A stretch of DNA of 34,881 nt, taken from contig RBNJ01000265.1 of the NCBI GenBank assembly GCA_003990765.1, positions 1 to 34,881 on the forward strand, read 5' to 3'. Below the pieces are notes generated by a model. It worked only from the letters and a program-made list of their open reading frames with translations. It ran no database searches and was not told the origin of the DNA. Positions 11,135 through 22,746 of the stretch are shown piece after piece. The translations under genes were made by a program, and so were the position numbers. This DNA is from Jimgerdemannia flammicorona (Eukaryota). Position 1 is the stretch's first letter, and each line of letters opens with the position of its first letter.

Positions 11135-12631
11135 TGTAATGGTAACTCCAGAATGATGACATCAGCACAGGAGATAGCCTTTCCTTGTAAGCTACCAGAT
11201 TGGAGCACAAGAAGATCATACAGTATACAAGATGAGCAATTATGACCAACTATGAGTTATTGTGACCACAGTACAGACATCTTGAGGAATATAAATGAAG
11301 GATCAAGAAACCACAGTAGCAACAACTCAATAAGACCCACTAATCCCAAAATAGCTCAAAGACTTACTACAAACAAAATGTCTGCTGCTCACCAAACCTC
11401 AAGGTCAAGGAACCACCAAGGCACCTCAGTTAAAGAAAGGATGTTCCAAGACATCAGAAGAACCATGAGGACCCATATAAGAAGAACTCCTAGTATCAAT
11501 CTAAATACTGCAGATCCTTATCACTTTATCCTCTACTGTTATGAAATGGAAGCAAGGATCACTATTGCTACTAAATGCCTCCAAATGTGGCAGGAGTATG
11601 AAATAGGAAACTTCCTCTGCCAGAAGTTTCCACAGGCCACCTCAAGAGTTACAAGATACCACTTCTATGGATATATGTAAAACAAGGACAGCTAAGAAGA
11701 TCCATCAGATCTTCAGGTATATACTATAGTCAATCCCTAACTTGGAGTATATTAGAGTCTCAGACTTCAGAGATCTGTCAGCCTGCCATATCAATATACT
11801 AGAAGCTAGGGTGGCTATAGAAGCCTGGTCCACCATTACCCTCAATAGTGATAAAGTAGAAGACTTCTGGCATCCCATCCTCTAGGACAACTCAGACCAA
11901 TTTCTACAAAGATTGATCTCAATATTTCAAGGCTCAAGCATCTAGGTTAGACCTCTCTAAGACTCCACATTTGTCCCCTATTTCATGGAAGAGAACCTCA
12001 TAGATTGGAGAGCCTCTGATTTCTCTACCGAACATAATGACATCATTAGTAATGATATTATCCCACATGATATATGTGAAATGCACAACCTATGTAATGA
12101 TGATGAGATGGACAAAACATTCATGTATCTTATCTCCTTCAAAGACATCCTGACCTCTGATGAGGATGAAGCCCCTATGGTCTTGAACATTCTGCTCTAA
12201 GTTCCTTAGTTACACTGAATTATTCCAACACTATTTTTCTATATTACTGAAATTATATCAGTATCCTGAACCTGTGCAACCATCAGTACTGACACTGGAA
12301 CTTAGCAGTTTTCCATATCCTGGCATTTTATTTTAGTCATTGGAATTTATATTTAGCTTTATATCTTAGCAACCATTAAATTATATTTTGTATAAATACC
12401 CCTCTTATTTTCTCTGAAATAAAGTCAGTTCCTCTCAGTACAATACATATAATTTCTTGCAAGTAATCTAAAGAGATAACAAGATAGTTTAAAGATAAGA
12501 AGTTTGAGGACTATAAGACCTTGGGAAGGCACTCCAATAAGAACTTGCTTATAACAAACTGAGTTAGTCTAAGAGATATACCTTGAAGAGAATCTGACAT
12601 ATTTGAAGGACTCAGCAACTACTACATGATA
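11135..12631 (+). repeat. 5' LTR, family B copy 2
   Basis: TGTAATGG...CATGATA; colinear with the other three copies. Confidence 0.92.
11378..12200 (+). pseudogene. LTR-encoded ORF, family B copy 2
   Basis: MSAAHQTSRSRNHQ...WQEYEIGNFL...EAPMVLNILL*. Confidence 0.8.
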
Positions 12632-12634
12632 ACT

Positions 12635-12652
12635 TGGTGCCTATTGACTGGT
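12635..12652 (+). promoter_or_regulatory. Primer-binding site (tRNA not assigned)
   Basis: TGG-initiated sequence 3 nt after the LTR end; conserved at 28285 (TGGTGCCCATTGGCTGGT). Confidence 0.75.
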
Positions 12653-12751
12653 AATTTGAGATGAATCTCTCACTTTCAAGCTGAAAAACAAACAACCACC
12701 ACAACAACTACTCTGACTACAAGAGTCACCCCTGCAAGAATTCAAGACAAG

Positions 12752-14343
12752 ATGGAAATATATCTCCCTATATTCTATGGATATATTACTAAAGAGTCAA
12801 TCCTGACCTTCATTGAAGACTTTGAACAATTCACCACCATACAAGCTCTTGGTGTGGATGCACAATTGGCTCTTCTACCAGTCAGCCTCAGAGGACCTGC
12901 CAGAGACAAGTTCAATGCAGCCACTATTGCTGATAATAGTGCAGCCAAACTTGCCAACATGAAGGCCTTTCTCAGAACAAAATACTATACTGAAGAGATC
13001 AAGCAAGCTCTCAAGGATCAACTCAACACTATCTGTTAGAGACTCAGTAAAGATTTCAACTCATTCTATACCTGAATCTGCTACCAGATTATCTTGGCTG
13101 GCTATGATAACTGCCTCAAGGAACAAATAGCAGATTCAACCTTCCTCAAAGGAGTTCACTCTGAAATTGCCCTAGCAATCCAGTCTATCCTAGCTGCACT
13201 GACTCTTGATCAGAAAGTGGTCTTTGTATAGAGATATTGGACTACCAGACACCCTACTGAACACTTAATGGAGAAAATAACTGGTATCAAGATAGAGCCA
13301 TCAAAGTTAACTAGTATCATACCTACTACAGTTGTAAACAGACAACTATCCCCATCTACCCCCAAGGTAGCCAAAACTGACCCAGTGGAGGAACTTACTA
13401 AGTAGTTCACCAAGATAACTGCATACCTTGGTGATGTTAGAGAAGTCTGAAGCACCAACAGGAGACCAGTGCAGAGATTTGTAGCTGCTACAGAAGAATG
13501 CAATATCATATGTTTTAGATGTGGAGAAGAAGACCACTATACAAAGAGTTGCATGACTGAAATAAGATACAAAGCCCAACCAAATAATGCTAGCAGAACC
13601 AGAGAACAAATCAATGCAGTAGTCATCAAGAAGATTGGTAATACTGATGATAAAGAATACTATGAGAAGCTTGAATTCTACCCTACTACTGAAGGTACCA
13701 GAACCTGGTCCAAGCTCTATGACGAGAAGAGCAACAGCAAGCCAGTTAGAAGACTAAAGAAGACCCTAGCTGTCACTATTTAAAGCAAGACCCAACTCAA
13801 GGAGATTGATCAAGACATGGAGTTAGATAAAGCTGCCTGCCAAATTATTGAAGGCACTACTCCAGTCTCAGGAGAAAGCAAAAACAAGAAGGAACAGAAG
13901 CTACATAAGACTAAGATCCACTAGTATGATATCTACAAGGACTTCAAGGAACAGAAGGTCAATGCTACTTTTAGACAACTAGCCAAAGTTCCTGCCTTCA
14001 GACAGCAGTTGAGAGTAGGACTTGCAACTACTGCCAAGAATCAAGAGTACAAGATTGTAGAAGCTCACAATATACAAGAAGATGATCAAGAAGACTCAGG
14101 CAAAGAATCTGAAGACTAGTGCAAGACATCAGCCTATACTCCATGTCAGATCAAAGATTGTATCTTTGATGCTATCATTGATACTGGTGCTGGAGGATGC
14201 CTCATAAGCAAGAAGGCAATTGACTGCCTAAGCTGAGATATTGAAGAGTCTACTAAAATGGTCTATGTTACAGCAGATAGTATACAAGCTACCCCTCTTG
14301 GCAAAATCTGAGAAGTCCCCATCAAGATAAGAAGAGCTACTAT

Positions 14344-14346
<3 letters not shown>
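12752..14346 (+). pseudogene. gag: gag plus aspartic protease, family B
   Basis: PIFYG...FIEDFE...LRGPARDKF capsid-like region; CFRCGEEDHYTKSC knuckle 13511-13552; AIIDTGA (D at 14180). Confidence 0.9.
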
Positions 14347-14391
<45 letters not shown>

Positions 14392-14455
14392 GTCTCTTGG
14401 ACTGCCCTTTATTACCGAAGTCTATAATGTATATAATACAATGTCACCCCTGTCC

Positions 14456-17400
14456 TCAACCAACGCCCTGGGGGCCCAAACTCTCCCTCTCATCCTCCCC
14501 CTGCTCGAGCACCACCCAATCACCCACTACCCGAACCCTCTCACCACTCTTCTGGGTGATACACTGCACCAGACCCCTGTGGTACCCCCCACCCATCCCC
14601 CAACCCTGCCACCAACTATTCAAAATATCCAACATCAACCATTCCCACCTAGCCATCTTGTCACCAACCCCGACCTGGCACCCTTCCTCAAATACATAAA
14701 CCCAGTGTCCTGCCAGTCCAACCCACATAGCCAAAGCCCAACTAAGGGTCAGCCATTTGTCCCCAATGCCACCCACCAGACACCAGCAGAGCTCTCTCCA
14801 CCTCCCCCCTTCCTCTCCCTCCCTGGCCCCCAGCCCTACTCTGTCCAAAATACCTCTCCAAAACTCCCCCAAAACCTCACATTCACCAAGCCAATGTTCA
14901 GGCATTTTTATCACTCCTCCCTCCTGACCAACATTGAAACAATCCTCACACTCGAATACCCCACCATCCACCAAGTGTCCAGACTGATAGTTCAACATCA
15001 CATTCTGCCATAGAACCTGCCACCACACCACCCAGAACTTGGGGGGGAGCCACTGCCTTATCTATTTGCTCCAAAGCCAGAGTCCATTCCAATCCCACTC
15101 CTCCCCAATTCCAACCCTCTGCCAGGCTTCTGGCCACAGGTCCCCACCAAGGCCCCACAGATACTCCAGACCCTCACCAAACTGAAAGTTCTCCACCAGG
15201 ACCCCACCCAATAGAAGCCTGTCCCACCGCCACATCTGTGGTCCCCAATCCTCCTCGCCTTCATCACCTCGCTACCGAAGTCCAATCTTCTTAGCACCAT
15301 CTACCACCCCCCACCAAAAGCCCGTAAACTGCATCTTCCTGCTCCCTTCCATGGCCACCATCACAAGCAGATCCCCGGAGCCACCATGTGGGGAGTACCA
15401 AACCTCCCACAATCTCTGCATGAGGGGCACCCACTCCTGCCCCCTGAGCTCACTTGCCCTTCACAGCCACCAGGCCTTCAGACATAGAAGTCGCTTAGTA
15501 AAGTCCACTAAGTCCAGCCCACCTCATTCCAAGGGCAGCGTGAGCACCTCCCAACCAACCTGGCTTCGTCATCCTCCCCAGATCCATAACCTTGCCATCT
15601 TCAACAACTCCTTAACCACCCAGGTTGGAAAATCCAAATGATATCCAACATACCACAGCTTCAGCATCCAGTACACATTCAACACCATCACCCTTCTGGC
15701 AAGGGACATATGCCGGCCTCCCTATCTCAGCAAAACATTACCCCACTCCAGAAGTTTACGGTTCCACCATACCCAGGGAAGAAGAGATCTGAACACTGAG
15801 AAGTAGATCCCCAGGTAGCGCACTGGTTCACCTGCCAGCACTACCATCCCAACAATATCACCACCAACAATTCCTGCACCCAGCACCAGTGTCTCGCATT
15901 TGTGCCAGTTAAGTTTAGCACCAGAACCCTGCTCATACCATTCCACAGTCCTCTGTAACTCTCCCACATCTCCCAAGGAGCCCAGCCCGACCACCATATC
16001 ATTAGCAAAGGTCCCCACCTTCCAGTTTACCCCTAAAATGTCCAAGCCTCCAATCTTATGCTGAATCCTGTCCAGTAGTGGCTCCAGGGAAAGAGCATAC
16101 AATATGGGTGACAAGGGGTCCCCTTGTGGTACCCTGCGTCCCAGGGGAAAGATCACCCCCCAGTTGCCATTGATGACCAATGCTGCCTGACTGTCCTCCA
16201 AGAGGCTGACTAATGCTCTTCGGACCCCTGGTGGGATGCCAATCTGCTTCAGCACTCCTTTCAGCCATAATCTCTGCACTCTATCATAAGCCTTCTCTTG
16301 GTCCAGAAACACCAATCTGTCATCCACCCCTGTCATCTAGGCACCTTCAATCACTCCATAAACCCAGGCTGTCCCATCTCGAATCAACTGACCACCAACA
16401 AACCCACATTACTCCACACCAAGAACCTGCCGGGCGATGCCCTGCAACCTCATCACCAAGATTTTCATCACCAATTTGCAGTCCATATCGAGAAGCATTA
16501 TCGGCCGCCAGTTCTTCCAGTCCTCACGCCTTCCCTTGTTCTTAAAGAGCAAAGAGACCAGCCCTAAACACTGTCCCCCAATCCAGGCACCAGACCAAAG
16601 AACTCCATCACACATAACAGTCATTTCCTCTAGCACCACACCCACCCCAGCCATCTTCTGCCAAAAATCCCAGGGAAGCCCATCCTCTCCCGGAGCTGTC
16701 TCCTTACTCATTGAGGCCACAACCCTGCAAATCTCCTCACCACTCACTGGGTCCCCCAATGCCCCAAGTCCCATTGCAGGGTCCGGGTGCCAATCCCCCA
16801 GCTGTCTTTCAATGTTCAGGGCATCCAATCCCCCATCCTCCTCACTCCAAAGATTCCCCCACCGGGTTCTCAGTAGGTCCAGAATCACCGGTGTCCCCAC
16901 CACCAGCTCGCCATTCTCATCCAAAACTCCTTCCCACCACTGCCTCATATGTCATGCTTTTAACAACTGTGACAAGAATCTGGTAGGCCTCTCCCCCTCC
17001 TCAAGCCCCTGCCACCGCAGGCAGGCCACCATTCCCTGCAACTGCTCCTCCTCCTCTCTGTATAGTACTCCTTTGAGCTCCTCCACCTCCTGCCAGATCC
17101 TCACAATACGCCAATCAGTCATGGCTCCATCCTCCAGCACACCTGCCCACCTCTCCATGAGTGCTGCTAGATGCCATGAGGCCCATAGCACCTGCTGCCT
17201 TTGCTGGGCACACTTTCCTTTCCCTGCTTCTCTCTAATACTTCTGAGCCTTTGCCTTCAGCCTTCTCCAGCAGTCCCCAATCTCCAGTTCTTGTTCCTGC
17301 CACCTGCCTATATTTCCAACCACCTCCGATTCCCATCCCTCCCACAACACCCTATCCTCCAACAAGGAAGAATTCAGTCACCAGTGTCCAGGCCCATCCT

Positions 17401-18117
17401 CATTTCCCCCAAACCTCCTCCCTCCAAGCAGCCCCCAGTGATTAGACTACGGATACCATACGACTTCCAGCACTGACCAGACATCTGTCCCCCAACACTC
17501 TGCTGTTAGAACCCAGTCAATCCTAGAGCCCAGTCCTGCTGCCCAGTGGGTGTACATCTGCCAATCAGCCCAAAAATGTCTTCCTGAGTCTACTAGAGAA
17601 CACAGCCTCTCTATCTCCAACCAGTCACCCAACCTACTACTCTCACTCTGCATGCCTCTCCCTCCATCAGTTCTGTCCAACTCCTTATCCCGTACCATAT
17701 TGAAGTCACCCCCCATACAGTCTAACCCAACTTCTTCCAACATACCAGCCTCCTTCAATCCACAGATCCATTCCACCCTCTCCCCCCTCTCAGCTGGGCA
17801 GTAACAGGACCTGACCATCAGCGGGCCCCATCCAGGCCTCTTCCACACTCGCCACACCACCCGAGACCCCCAATGTCCAATGTTCCTAATGTCCCCCATC
17901 TCTTTCCAAATGAGAATACACACTTTTCCCCTTCAAACTGCTGTGCCCCCCTATTCCTTAGTCCAATTCTGTAAGTCCACATCTGCCTCATAACAAACAT
18001 TCTGCAGTAAGAAGAGGTCTGCATCCAGTCCCTTAAGCCAACCAAAAATATACTTCCTCCTAGCTGACCCCCATAGCCCATTAACGTTCAATGAGAAATC
18101 CTAGTTATACTGTTCAT
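14456..18117 (-). pseudogene. LINE ORF2 (APE endonuclease + reverse transcriptase), disrupted
   Basis: SLNVNGL, GGDFNMV, SRIDWVL endonuclease; APGEDGLPWDFW, KNWRPIMLLDMD, LDQEKAYDRV, PQGDPLSPILY, FAND (FADD), SGAKLNWHKC, VRYLGI RT. Confidence 0.93.
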
Positions 18118-18190
18118 ATTGAAGAAATGTTGCAATAGAGACCCCAATCTATAATTCCATGCTCATCTCATCTCCTGCCAGATCCAAGCG

Positions 18191-20065
18191 TCACTCAGCT
18201 TCCACTTCACCCTTGGCATTATTCTGAGCATCCAGTGCCCCCAAGATTTCCTGATATTCCACTCTGTCCACTTCCTCCATATCAGCCCTGTAGTCCAAGT
18301 AGACAGCATGCCACTTCTCCAGTCCCTTCCTTGAATTCCACAAGAACAATGCTCCGTCACTCGCAATCCTCCTAAGTTTCTCCTCCCTCTGATCACCAAC
18401 CTGATACTCAACCAACTCCAGGAGAACTGCCAGGATCTCATTCCTCATCTTCCTCGGCACCTTCTCCCCCCATAGGATCTCCTCCCAATGCTTCTCCTCC
18501 AACACCCTGAAGTCCTCACCCCCCAGCTCTTCAGCCGCCACCCCTTCCAAGGTCTTCCACATCCACTTCTCCTCATCCACTGCCTCTGCCGCCCCCTGAG
18601 AAATTTGTCCTCCATCCACCTCGGGGTCCACCAGCACATTCCTTCTCATTGACTCATCCCACTCCTCATCTGGCACATCCATCAGCTCCTCCTCTTCCTC
18701 TGCCCCATCCAGAACACTATACTGAGGGTGCACACCCTCACCCATTTTGGCATCCACCTCCAAATTGCCCTCCCTCCCCTCCCCACTGCCCATCCGAACT
18801 CCATCCTGGGCCATCTCTCTCCCCTCAGCCCAGGCGCTCTCCCGTGACCCTGCAACTCCCTCCCCTGAGCTTCCACCAGCCCCACCCTCACCCAACTTCA
18901 CCAATAGCTCCTTCTGGATTCTCTTCCCCTGCATCTTTTCCCAGGCCCCCTTCTCCATCCAGACCCTCTTCCCATCCACCTCCCCAATCACTGTCCTGGC
19001 CTCAAACTCCTTCCAGGCCAATTTCCTCCTTGCCACTGCCCCTTCCAGGTCCTCCAGTACCTCCAACAGGTCCTCCTCCTCCTCTGGAGTCCCCTTCACT
19101 CTGGTGATCTTACACTCCACCGGTCCCCACCTCAGTACTGCTGGCCAGTCCCTCGACTTCCCCGTATTCTCCTTCCCAGCCAGCCTCACCCTGATATCAA
19201 TATCACCAGTTCTAAGCTCCGTGCCCTTCCAGACCTTGAACCCAACATCCACAATCTTGCCATACTCCTTAACCGCCTCCACAACCAACTCTCTGGTCCT
19301 TTCCTTTGACACCATCGGGAGGTCCAACACCGTCAACTGCACCACTCGGGGGTCCCAGCGCATGCACCGAGCCATAGGTACCACAACTCTGCCAACCATC
19401 ACCCCCTTCTCCATGGCTGCCAACAAGGCATCTTCCTCCTCAAACCCCACCTCAACCCCTTCCTTCCCCCTCAAGAACTTCACCAATGCTGCTCCCTTAG
19501 CCTCCTGCGCCACCAGCCCCAGAATCATCCTCACCATTATTGCCAAGCCCCAGAAGCACATCATGATCGTGAATTCGGACCTTGACTTCTTGAGTAATGG
19601 GGCCGACACTATGCCTGTCACCCCATCAGCCAGGTCCCTGGGCCTCGTGCCCACTCCAAGTCCTGAATTGCCAACTGCCATCACATCTGGATTTTTTGCC
19701 AGATCCCCAGTCACAGCCCCATCAACAGTCACATATCCAGCCCCTACTCTGGCCCCTTCCCTACCACCAGAAGTACCCCGGGGTGCACCTCCCTGACCCC
19801 CAGCAGTAGCCATCGATGCCTTTCCCAGGCCCAGCCAACTATCTAGCCCAGAAGCCATCTTCTCCATTCTGACCTTGTCAGCAAAGGTCGACCTCTCCCC
19901 TCCTCTCTGTCTCAGACCACCCCTCTCTCTGCCACCAGGGCCTTGGCTAGCCATCGAGGCCCCTGGCATCCCCAAACCATCTCCCCTCCTCCCCACCTGC
20001 TGCCAGCCAAAGGCGCCATCACCCCCCTGGCCAGTACGCTCACCAGTTTGATCATTGCCATCCAT
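18191..20065 (-). CDS. LINE ORF1 protein (624 aa open frame)
   Basis: Long ORF directly upstream of ORF2; Gly-rich N-terminus, RRM-like middle (LTVLDLP...VKEYGKIV...RTGDIDIRV), acidic/helical C-terminus. Confidence 0.85.
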   Translation of the reverse strand: MDGNDQTGERTGQGGDGAFGWQQVGRRGDGLGMPGASMASQGPGGRERGGLRQRGGERSTFADKVRMEKMASGLDSWLGLGKASMATAGGQGGAPRGTSGGREGARVGAGYVTVDGAVTGDLAKNPDVMAVGNSGLGVGTRPRDLADGVTGIVSAPLLKKSRSEFTIMMCFWGLAIMVRMILGLVAQEAKGAALVKFLRGKEGVEVGFEEEDALLAAMEKGVMVGRVVVPMARCMRWDPRVVQLTVLDLPMVSKERTRELVVEAVKEYGKIVDVGFKVWKGTELRTGDIDIRVRLAGKENTGKSRDWPAVLRWGPVECKITRVKGTPEEEEDLLEVLEDLEGAVARRKLAWKEFEARTVIGEVDGKRVWMEKGAWEKMQGKRIQKELLVKLGEGGAGGSSGEGVAGSRESAWAEGREMAQDGVRMGSGEGREGNLEVDAKMGEGVHPQYSVLDGAEEEEELMDVPDEEWDESMRRNVLVDPEVDGGQISQGAAEAVDEEKWMWKTLEGVAAEELGGEDFRVLEEKHWEEILWGEKVPRKMRNEILAVLLELVEYQVGDQREEKLRRIASDGALFLWNSRKGLEKWHAVYLDYRADMEEVDRVEYQEILGALDAQNNAKGEVEAE

Positions 20066-20431
20066 GTTGTTAGTTGTCGGACACCAAAAACGTTGTAAAA
20101 AGTGTTGTCTGAGTCTTGTGTCACCCGAATATTACTGGTGAAAAGGCCCGGAGCCCAGATCTTCCCCCATTATCACCGGCAGACCCTTGACCTCTAGCTC
20201 CGCCCCCTCCTCTACCATGTCCTCCTGCCAGCAGGCCCCTCATGCTTTCCCCCAAGCCAGGGCCTCTCCCCACTTGCTGCCATTCAAATGCTCCAGGGCC
20301 ACCCTGCCCAGTATGCACCTCAGGATGCTTGTTGGTTGCCATGATACTAGTAGCCTGTCTCCAGAAACTGTGTCGAAAGTATTGCCAAAAGATTGTGTAA
20401 CCTGAATGTTACCAGAGAAAGATTGGTGAGA

Positions 20432-20701
20432 CCTCTCATACTATCTATATATCTTACTTCTATATTGGTTACATCTCTCATCTAAATATAAGTGAATATT
20501 TCAGATATTTTATATATTTTGAAACACTTTTTGATCTATAAAAATTCTTACATTACTGGTCTTTGACTATATTTTTTACCTATTTTCATACTTATAAGTA
20601 GGGAATTTTGACCTTTGGTGGTTATCTAGATAGCACCCCATTAGTCATATTTAGTTTACTCTAGTTTACTTCTATTCTAGTTTGTATTTTTTTTTTTTAG
20701 A
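20432..20701 (+). mobile_element. 3' UTR fragment of a plus-strand copia (left part)
   Basis: Reverse-complement similarity to the minus copia 3' UTR (20667-20698 vs 20876-20905; 20432-20483 vs 21062-21100). Confidence 0.7.
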
Positions 20702-20828
20702 TATGTGGAAAAGATGGATATTTTTATTAAGTTTGCATAGGATATATATTTCATATATTACTGATGGATGATATAAGACTGATGAAATCACCAATCATAT
20801 ATTAATATATTGAGTTGTCATTCCAACA
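20702..20828 (-). repeat. Copia 3' LTR
   Basis: Direct repeat of 34038-34163; starts TGTTGGAATG on minus after the purine-rich AAGCAAGAG. Confidence 0.85.
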
Positions 20829-21149
20829 CTCTTGCTTAATGAGATATATAACCAAAAAGAAATACAACATATACTAAAAAAAATACAAACTAGAATAAAA
20901 AGTAATATAATATATACAAAAACTAGAACTATATATAACTCAGAACTACAACTATCTAAGAATCTTTACAGGTTGAAAAGTGTTCCAAAATATCTAAAAA
21001 TACCCAAAATACCTACCTATCTACTTATAGGTGAAGAATGCAATATATATAATCCTCTTATAGATGAGGGATATAACTAATATATATGCAGTATGAGAGA
21101 CTTTTAGCAGTCTGAAAAGTATTTCATAATCAATCAAGTACTGGTATAA

Positions 21150-22693
21150 GACCCATTCCTTTAATGTATTACTTGAACTTTGGCCTTAGAAGAACTTTAG
21201 TAAGTAAATCAGCAGTCATATACTCTATGGAGATGCATTCCAGATATATAGTGCTATTTTCTATATACTCATAAATGAAATAGTGCTATATATTGATATG
21301 TTTCATTCTGCTATAGTATACTGGATTCTTGGTGAGTATTATCATTAATTAGTTATCTTACCTAATCAGCATGGAGTTCTTCTGAGCAAAGCTGAGCTTC
21401 TTTAGTAGTTTGTAAAACCAAATAGCTTTCTTTGTTGCCAATGACAATGTCTAATATTCAGCTTACATAGATGAGATCATAATAGAGAATTACTTATATA
21501 TTAGCTATGAGATTATAGACCTTTTGTCAATATAAAAGAGATATGTATCTAATCATAGAGTAGTAGTCATCTAAGTCTCCAGTCCAATCAGTATCATAAG
21601 TACCAGATAGTCAGATATTATTGCTCCTACTTAATCCAATATTGTCAAGGGTGAGTATATGGTATGCTATACTCTTAAGATATCTGAAAATTCTCTTAAC
21701 AATACTCCAATATGAGTTATTATAGTAGGAGGAATACTGTACCACTTTATTTATAGTGTATAATATGTTAGACCTCATTCCAAGTATTAAATATATGAGC
21801 AAACCAACCACTTGTTGATAGGAAATATTGTTATTATCTTTGGTACTATTCTTGGCAGATTTATCATCATCTTTCTGAGGCATATTGTCAGGCTTCTTTA
21901 ATTTTACAGAAGTATTCATAAGAGTGCCAATAGACTTGCAATCACTTATATTGAAGCATTTGAGAATAGCTTTGGCATAAGTTTCTTGCAAGAGATATAT
22001 GATATATGTATTCCTGTCACATATGATGGATATCTCCAAAAGAAAGAATGTATCACTTATGTCAGTCATATTGAATTCTTAGCATAGAGTTTTCTTTACT
22101 CTATTAAGCCTATTCTTGCTAGCTATAATAATGATATCATTAACTCATATATCAATGAATACTATACTATCATTATAATATAGGGTATATATGTAATTGT
22201 CTGCTTTGCAATACTTGAATCTATTATTAAGAAGATATTTATCAATCCTTTTATTTTATAGGTATGCTACTTGCTTAATACTATATAATCCTTTATATAG
22301 TTTGCATATGAGCTCACTATTCTGGTTGTTATATAGTTCATATCTCTGTAGTTGATAAATATATATATAGTTTGGTATCTATATTACTGTTCAGAAAGGC
22401 TGTCTTAATATCTATCTAATGGATCTCCTAGATCATATAGTATACCAATTGCAAGAAGTATTTTAAGTAAAGTAAGCTTGAATATTGGTGAAAATATCTC
22501 ATCATAGTCTATGCTATAATCATATAAATAACTCTTAGCAATGAAATGAGCTTTATACTACTCTATATTTCTTTCAGTATTATACTTTATCCTATATATC
22601 TATCTTGATTCAATCACTTGATGGTTTGGCAGAAGAGGTACCAGATCCCATGTTCTGTTCTGAATAAGTGAATCATATTCTTCATTCATGACT

Positions 22694-22695
<2 letters not shown>
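21150..22695 (-). pseudogene. pol: Copia RT and RNase H
   Basis: MNEEYDSLIQNRTWDLVPL; YQQVVGLLIYL...YWSIVKRIFRYLKS; DTDWTGDLDD; AEY; RMKHINI; MTADLLTK. Confidence 0.9.

Positions 22696-22746
<51 letters not shown>

Larger units (their letters stand above)
11135..14346 (+). mobile_element. Family B gypsy, 5' half (LTR-PBS-gag-protease), truncated at a LINE poly(A)
   Basis: LTR 11135-12631, PBS-like TGGTGCCTATTGACTGGT at 12635, then gag and protease. Confidence 0.92.
14347..20431 (-). mobile_element. Near full-length L1/Tx1-like non-LTR retrotransposon
   Basis: ORF1 + ORF2 (APE-RT), AATAAA near 14408-14413 on minus, A42 tail (T run 14347-14388); 5' boundary approximate. Confidence 0.93.

Noticed and set aside
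18747..19796. 349-aa plus-strand ORF and other plus-strand ORFs over 14400-20400
   Set aside because: Ser/Pro-rich antisense shadows of the G-rich LINE coding strand.
14338..20446. TACTATCT as the LINE TSD (14338-14345 / 20439-20446)
   Set aside because: The right copy lies within copia 3' UTR homology and the protease frame does not resume; microhomology cannot be excluded.
20432..21100. MITE / TIR element from the inverted repeats
   Set aside because: Explained by tail-to-tail copia 3' UTRs.
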